Assembly: GCA_007376295.1 (NCBI GenBank)
Contig: VMGB01000002.1
Location: 2,843 to 66,842 of the forward strand
Reading direction: 5' to 3'
DNA from: Parcubacteria group bacterium Gr01-1014_13
Lineage (GTDB): Bacteria; Patescibacteriota; Patescibacteriia; Magasanikbacterales; GWA2-37-8
Length of the DNA stretch: 64,000 nt
Part shown: in pieces, positions 58,585-64,000 of the stretch
Layout of the letters: each line of letters opens with the position of its first letter
How positions within the stretch are numbered: the first letter of the stretch is position 1
Position numbers and translations under genes: made by a program
Notes under the pieces: model-generated
Seen by the model: only the letters and a program-made list of their open reading frames with translations
Told to the model about the DNA's origin: nothing
The model's database searches: none

Positions 58585-61500
58585 GTGATTAGCTTGAGAA
58601 ATTTATTTTTAACTTTGGTACGGGGCAGAAATGGAAAGCGCCTTTTCGCTTTTCTTTTAGTGTTATCATTGCTTTTTCAGAATTTCTTATTTCTAGTTCC
58701 CTCCGTATCTGCTGTAGATTGGTATAGTTCGGAGTGGTCTTACCGGAAACCAATTACCATCAACAACTCAAGTAACTCCGAGTCTTTGACGAACTATCAA
58801 GTGCAAGTTTCTCTTGACTCTTCTAATTTTGATTTTTCAAAAGCGTTGAGTAGCGGGAATGATATCCGATTTACAGATGACGATGGGGACACCCTTATCA
58901 GTCACCACACTGAAAGTTACGACTCAAGCTCGCAAACAGGAACAATTTGGGTCAAAGTACCATCAATCTCTGCTTCTTCTAACAAAACTATATATATGTA
59001 CTATGGCAATTCGTCAGCCACTAGCACATCAAACGCCAATGATACATGGGTTTTATACGATGAATTCACCAGTGGCAGCACTATTACAACAAGCAGTATC
59101 TATACGGCAGTAGAAAACGCAATCGGCGAAGAAACAGGAAGTGATGGCGGAGCTCTCTACGATTTAGATCAAGACGGTAAGATGGATATGGTGGTTTCGG
59201 CAGAAGAAGGCGGAAAAATTATGTGGTACAAACAGGTGTCCTCAACTTCATGGACAGAGTTTACGATTACCAGCGGATGGGGAGGAGGGCCAGAAGATGT
59301 GGATGCAGGAGATTTAGATAATGATTCTGATACAGATCTAGCTTTTGTTACTGATTTAGAAGGGGATGTTGTCATCGCAATAAATACTACGACAGCAACT
59401 ACCACTCCATGGACTACAAGAGTGCTGTTAGCTGGAGCAACAAGTGTAAATAGGCCAATAAATACCAAACTCACAGATGTAAATGGCGATGGCTACAAAG
59501 ATATTATTTATGCGGACAAAGGATCCACCTCAAGCAAGTATGTATGGCTTGAGAATCCCGACGGTGATACTTTGTCAGGGACGTGGCTTCCCCATATCAT
59601 GACTACAAGTACTAATGCAAACGGAGCTTTTGAAGTAACGTTGGTTGACTGGGATTCAGATGGAGATACTGATGTATTAGGATCAGGAAGAGACTCTAAT
59701 GATATATTTTGGCTTGAACACCCTGCAGATCCGGCAGCGATATGGACACTTAATCGTATCGCTACAGATATAGTTACTGATCCCACAGAAGTAGAAACAG
59801 CCGATATTGATAGAGATGGAGATAATGATGTAGTAGTCACTGCATTTACAGGCCAACAAGTTGTTTGGTTTAGAAATGAAGGAAATAATAACTTTACAGA
59901 TTTTTTAGTATCCAATACTACTAGCACTGTTCAAGGACTTGGCCTCTATGATGTCGATGGTGACGGCCAGACAGAAATTGTCGTTGCAGACTACATAAGC
60001 ACCGACAACACTTCAAGTATCCATATTTTTGAACCCAATAACGGGGTAACAGAAACTTGGACGCCTTTCGCCTTGATAAACAATATAACCTCAGGTGATG
60101 AGATATTTTTTCATGATGTAGACAGCGATGGTACGGTAGAACTTTTTACGACTAGCAATGACCGATCTTTTACTGCTGCAGGCGGGAGAACGTTTTGGCT
60201 GGATCTTACTATTGGAGCCTCTTCAATCGGTACAGTCAGTACCAGTAAATGGGCTGTGGGGCCAGCATATCCTAGTATTTCAGGCGGAGTTGCTTCCCTC
60301 GATGAGAACAAGCATATTAGGACTGTATCAAAACTTGGACAGTCAGAAAAACTGATTGTCGAGACAAGGGTGAGAAATTCTTCAGGAGATCCACAGCTCT
60401 CAAATACATTTTCCGATCATGCGCGAAGTTTAGATTTTAACGGAGGGGATTATGTAAAGATACCCGATCATGCCGACTTTGATTTAACTAATGGCACGCT
60501 AGAGTTTTGGTTTAAGCCTGATGGTGGCTGGGATGGCACAGATTCTAACAGCCAGTTTGTTTTTAGCAAGAATGCTTCTGTAGCTGCAGCAGGAGATCTT
60601 CAGTTAACTTTAGCCGGATCAGGTACGCCATCTGAGGCAGGCAAGTTAAAGTTTTCCATACATGGTGGTGGATCATTTCGAAATATTTTTTCCGGTTCTA
60701 CGTCCTGGAATGATCAGTGGTATCATGTCGCTGCTACTTGGGGCAGTGCAGGCATAAAGATGTATGTTGATGGCGCATTACAAACTAGCACGCATGCCAA
60801 CACCAGTTCATCCATGAATAATGCGCAAGACTTTTATATAGGTACACGGGCAACAGCTCCCACAAATGCAAATACGTCGTTTGATGGAAAACTTGATGAT
60901 GTCCGGATATGGAATACAGCCAGAACTATAACAGAAATTCAAAATAATAAGGACCAGGAGTTAAATGGAGATGAAAGTGGATTGTATTTTTATTGGAAAT
61001 TTAATGATGTTGGAACCCAGAATACGCTTGATTCAACCGATAGAGGTCATACCGGAGATTTAGGTGTGGGTGGACTTGTAGATTCTGGCGATCCGGCGTG
61101 GCCAACCGATTATTGGAATTCAAGTATTTTTATAAAAGAAAACAATAGCGCGTTTGGCTATCCAAGTTCATCGCTTGAAGTGTGGAGTGCTGTCGACGAA
61201 ATTGGCAGAATGGTTTGGTTTACAAGTTCTTCGCAAAGTAACGATGCCAGCACGCGAGCGGGCTGGGAAACATATCGTTGGTTTTGGGAATCTGATAAAT
61301 TAAGAGGGTATAGGGTAGATAGCACAACTCAAAGTTTCTCTCAGGATTTTACAGCCCTTTATGGAAGTTATTTGGATGGATATTTTAACTATGGCGGAAC
61401 ACAGCCAACTGCAGCGGGCGGATTTTATTTAGAATTTTTTACGGATTCTCCTACCCAAAGCACAGAAATTGATTATGTAAAAGTGCGTAAATATACTGCA

Positions 61501-62022
61501 ACCGAGCCATCCACTTCGGTTGGAAGTGAAGAGGATAATGCTCCTGCATCTGGCACAACTCCGACAAGTTACGTAATTCTTTCTCCTTTTTCTCCCTCTA
61601 AATTAATTGAAATGTCCAACCAATTGTTTAATACATTAGTTAATCAGCCAAACTCTGTGCAGCCAAAATTAGAACCGGTTATACCAGTTATACCAACACC
61701 AACACAAGAAGATCAGGAGGTGCCCGTTCCAACGCCAACAAAACAGATAAGCATTCCTATAGAATCTCCTAGCGGAAACTCGGGTAGCGTCAAAGTGATC
61801 GAGAATACCAGAACACCTGTCGAAGTAGTTACAGCAACTTTGTTTTTAACTCCGGAGGCAGCAACCACAAGCAAAAAAGAAGAAGTTATAAATGTTAAGG
61901 ATGTTGAAACCAAACAAAAAGCTTCAGCTTTTCGTAGTGCATACAAATCAATTGCTAATGCTGTAGGTTCGATATTTACTGCCATTTCTAATCTTTTTGC
62001 AAAGATGAAATGGAAATTATAG
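58585..62022 (+). CDS. Large surface protein: DUF2341 + FG-GAP/VCBS repeats + LamG
   Basis: WSYRKPITI...DIRFTD...IWVKVP...YMYYGN; D.D.DG..D repeats; TLEFWFK, WYHVAATW, LDDVRIWN. Confidence 0.88.
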   Translation: MISLRNLFLTLVRGRNGKRLFAFLLVLSLLFQNFLFLVPSVSAVDWYSSEWSYRKPITINNSSNSESLTNYQVQVSLDSSNFDFSKALSSGNDIRFTDDDGDTLISHHTESYDSSSQTGTIWVKVPSISASSNKTIYMYYGNSSATSTSNANDTWVLYDEFTSGSTITTSSIYTAVENAIGEETGSDGGALYDLDQDGKMDMVVSAEEGGKIMWYKQVSSTSWTEFTITSGWGGGPEDVDAGDLDNDSDTDLAFVTDLEGDVVIAINTTTATTTPWTTRVLLAGATSVNRPINTKLTDVNGDGYKDIIYADKGSTSSKYVWLENPDGDTLSGTWLPHIMTTSTNANGAFEVTLVDWDSDGDTDVLGSGRDSNDIFWLEHPADPAAIWTLNRIATDIVTDPTEVETADIDRDGDNDVVVTAFTGQQVVWFRNEGNNNFTDFLVSNTTSTVQGLGLYDVDGDGQTEIVVADYISTDNTSSIHIFEPNNGVTETWTPFALINNITSGDEIFFHDVDSDGTVELFTTSNDRSFTAAGGRTFWLDLTIGASSIGTVSTSKWAVGPAYPSISGGVASLDENKHIRTVSKLGQSEKLIVETRVRNSSGDPQLSNTFSDHARSLDFNGGDYVKIPDHADFDLTNGTLEFWFKPDGGWDGTDSNSQFVFSKNASVAAAGDLQLTLAGSGTPSEAGKLKFSIHGGGSFRNIFSGSTSWNDQWYHVAATWGSAGIKMYVDGALQTSTHANTSSSMNNAQDFYIGTRATAPTNANTSFDGKLDDVRIWNTARTITEIQNNKDQELNGDESGLYFYWKFNDVGTQNTLDSTDRGHTGDLGVGGLVDSGDPAWPTDYWNSSIFIKENNSAFGYPSSSLEVWSAVDEIGRMVWFTSSSQSNDASTRAGWETYRWFWESDKLRGYRVDSTTQSFSQDFTALYGSYLDGYFNYGGTQPTAAGGFYLEFFTDSPTQSTEIDYVKVRKYTATEPSTSVGSEEDNAPASGTTPTSYVILSPFSPSKLIEMSNQLFNTLVNQPNSVQPKLEPVIPVIPTPTQEDQEVPVPTPTKQISIPIESPSGNSGSVKVIENTRTPVEVVTATLFLTPEAATTSKKEEVINVKDVETKQKASAFRSAYKSIANAVGSIFTAISNLFAKMKWKL

Positions 62023-62071
62023 ATGGGTCTTTAATGGACAAGCGAAGAATATTTTGTTACAGTAATGTCCT

Positions 62072-62617
62072 ATGAAAAAAGAACGCCTCGGCCCCGTAAA
62101 ACAAGTTTTTAAAGGAACTATCTTTAATATTTTGCAAAGAGACGTCTTTTTTCCCAATGGAAAAAAGAAACTTTTTGAATTTTGCGTGCGTCCAGATTCT
62201 GTTACAATTTTGCCATTTGATAGCCAGGGAAGACTACTTTTAATAAAAGAATACAGGCACGGTTTTCGCAAGAATGTTTGGTTTTTGCCAGCCGGAAGAA
62301 TTGATAAAGGCGAGTCGCCGCTAGAGGCAGCTAAAAGAGAACTGCGTGAAGAAACCGGGTTAGGCGCAAAAATTTTTAAAAAAATTTATCAAAAATCTCC
62401 AAGCAATACTTTGATTTGGGATATCCATATCTATGCTGCCAAGAATTTGTTTCCGGCGCCGTTAAAGGGCGACGAGGATTATCCGATAAAAGTAGTGCCG
62501 ACTCCTTTTGCCAAAGCGCTAAAAATGGCATTGGACGGTACGATAAAGAACGAATTTATCGCTTTTCATATTATTAAGTTTGATTACATGCTTAAGCATG
62601 GGCAGTTTAAGTGGTAA
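62072..62617 (+). CDS. NUDIX hydrolase (ADP-ribose pyrophosphatase-like)
   Basis: PAGRIDKGESPLEAAKRELREETG. Confidence 0.92.
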   Translation: MKKERLGPVKQVFKGTIFNILQRDVFFPNGKKKLFEFCVRPDSVTILPFDSQGRLLLIKEYRHGFRKNVWFLPAGRIDKGESPLEAAKRELREETGLGAKIFKKIYQKSPSNTLIWDIHIYAAKNLFPAPLKGDEDYPIKVVPTPFAKALKMALDGTIKNEFIAFHIIKFDYMLKHGQFKW

Positions 62618-62620
62618 TTT

Positions 62621-63895
62621 ATGGTTGTTGCTTTAGTGGCAATTTATTTTTTACTTTTTTTCTTACTGGCTTGGAAAAATTTTCGTTTGGCGTTTGTTTT
62701 TTTTATAATTCTTCTTCCTACTTATCTTATACGATTTCAAGTTGGGCCGTTACCATCTACGGTTTTAGAGTTATCTTTTGGCGCTTTATTTTTAGTCTGG
62801 CTCATTAAATACAGTCGGTATGATTATAAAAATATTTGGGCGGTAAGCCAAAAACATAAGCTGTTATTTATTGCCTTTGATATATTTTTTCTTTCTTCCA
62901 TAGTCAGTATCTTTGTTAGCGACATGTGGTGGTTTTCGTTGGGTGAATGGCGTGCTTACTTTTTAGAGCCAATGATCCTGTTTTTGATTTTGGTGGGACG
63001 AAAAAACGCTGTAAAAATATCGGACTTGGTTTGGGGTTTGGCGCTTTCGACAGTTAGTATTAGCTCTTACTCGGTAGTACAAAAATTTACCGGTTGGGGT
63101 ATAGCTACTCCTGAATGGACCGATGAAGCAACTCGCAGAGTGACGGCTTTTTTTAGTTCTCCCAACGCCGTGGCCTTATATCTGGCACCGATATTTATTC
63201 TGGTAATTTTTTTAATTATAAATAAAAAGGAAAAGCCTAAGAATTTAGAGTTTTGGGGTGCGGTTGTAATAGGGGTATTATCACTTCTAACAATAGTTTT
63301 CACCAAGTCTCAAGGCGCCTGGGTAGGGTTGGCAGCCGCAGTGTTAGCCTTTTTATTTTTTGTTGGCTACAAGAAAATAGCTATAGCTATGGCAGTTTTG
63401 GGTGTAATTTTTGCTTTGGTTGTACCCCCGATGCGGCAAGCTGTTTTATTCCAAGACCAGGCCAACCAAAACCGTTTGCGGCTTTGGGGTTATTCTTGGA
63501 CATTTCTTGGTCATTCACCCAAGAATTTTGTTTTAGGTACAGGCGTGCGGCAGTTTTTTAGAAAAGTGCAAAAGCCATACTATGACAAAATAGTTATGGA
63601 GAGGTTAATTTATCCTCACAATATTTTTATTAATTTTTGGACAGAGACAGGTCTTTTGGGGATGCTGGCAATAACTACAATATTGGGGTATACTTTTTAT
63701 CTGGCCAACAAAATAAGAAAGACTAATAAATTAATGGGTGCCGCGCTTTTAGGCGTGCTGACAGTATTGGTGGTACACGGTTTGGTAGATGTGCCATATT
63801 TCAAAAACGACCTATCATTTTTATTTTGGATAATTATCGCGTTTCCATTTTTTTATCATGAAAATTTTTATCAAAGCCAAACCAATGTCGCATGA
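62621..63895 (+). CDS. O-antigen ligase family protein
   Basis: RVTAFFSSPN, TKSQGAW, LGTG, YPHNIFINFWTETG. Confidence 0.9.
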   Translation: MVVALVAIYFLLFFLLAWKNFRLAFVFFIILLPTYLIRFQVGPLPSTVLELSFGALFLVWLIKYSRYDYKNIWAVSQKHKLLFIAFDIFFLSSIVSIFVSDMWWFSLGEWRAYFLEPMILFLILVGRKNAVKISDLVWGLALSTVSISSYSVVQKFTGWGIATPEWTDEATRRVTAFFSSPNAVALYLAPIFILVIFLIINKKEKPKNLEFWGAVVIGVLSLLTIVFTKSQGAWVGLAAAVLAFLFFVGYKKIAIAMAVLGVIFALVVPPMRQAVLFQDQANQNRLRLWGYSWTFLGHSPKNFVLGTGVRQFFRKVQKPYYDKIVMERLIYPHNIFINFWTETGLLGMLAITTILGYTFYLANKIRKTNKLMGAALLGVLTVLVVHGLVDVPYFKNDLSFLFWIIIAFPFFYHENFYQSQTNVA

Positions 63896-64000
63896 GGAAA
63901 AAGTTGAGAAAATCGAAGGGTCTCATTTTTTGGTTTGTGTACCCGAACCTCCACAGAATGGGCTGGCAAACAAAGGGATTGTGAGAGCTTTGGCAAAATA
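63858..64000 (+). CDS. DUF167 (YggU-like) protein, partial
   Basis: MKIFIKAKP...V.EPPQNGLANKGIVRALAK runs to the window end. Confidence 0.75.
   Translation, partial: MKIFIKAKPMSHEEKVEKIEGSHFLVCVPEPPQNGLANKGIVRALAK

Overview
AT-rich bacterial chromosome segment spanning the replication origin (yidD-rnpA-rpmH-dnaA-oriC-dnaN; codon/GC skew flips by eye at about 31.5-32 kb). Gene content and style suggest a Patescibacteria/CPR (Parcubacteria-like) genome; this is inference. It carries housekeeping genes (polA, holA, rpsT, tig, nfo, hppA, guaB, rarA, uppP, lspA, a class A PBP), five tRNAs, a RelBE-type TA pair, a MerR/VOC/SRPBCC cluster, several large surface proteins and many orphan promoter-SD-ORF-terminator mini-cassettes. 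The strongest leads are four. (1) A BlaI/M56-regulated five-gene cysteine-rich envelope operon with two matching operators and a shared C-terminal MVGGC motif. (2) An orphan DGR-type target gene with a clear variable-region signature, but no RT or template repeat in the window. (3) A roughly 335-nt highly structured, independently transcribed candidate ncRNA at 39.9-40.2 kb, next to DnaA boxes and three copies of a 22-bp palindrome. (4) A fourth copy of that palindrome beside a LAGLIDADG gene that lacks its catalytic acid and is flanked by parS-like sites and DnaA boxes. All calls are by eye; no database search was run.
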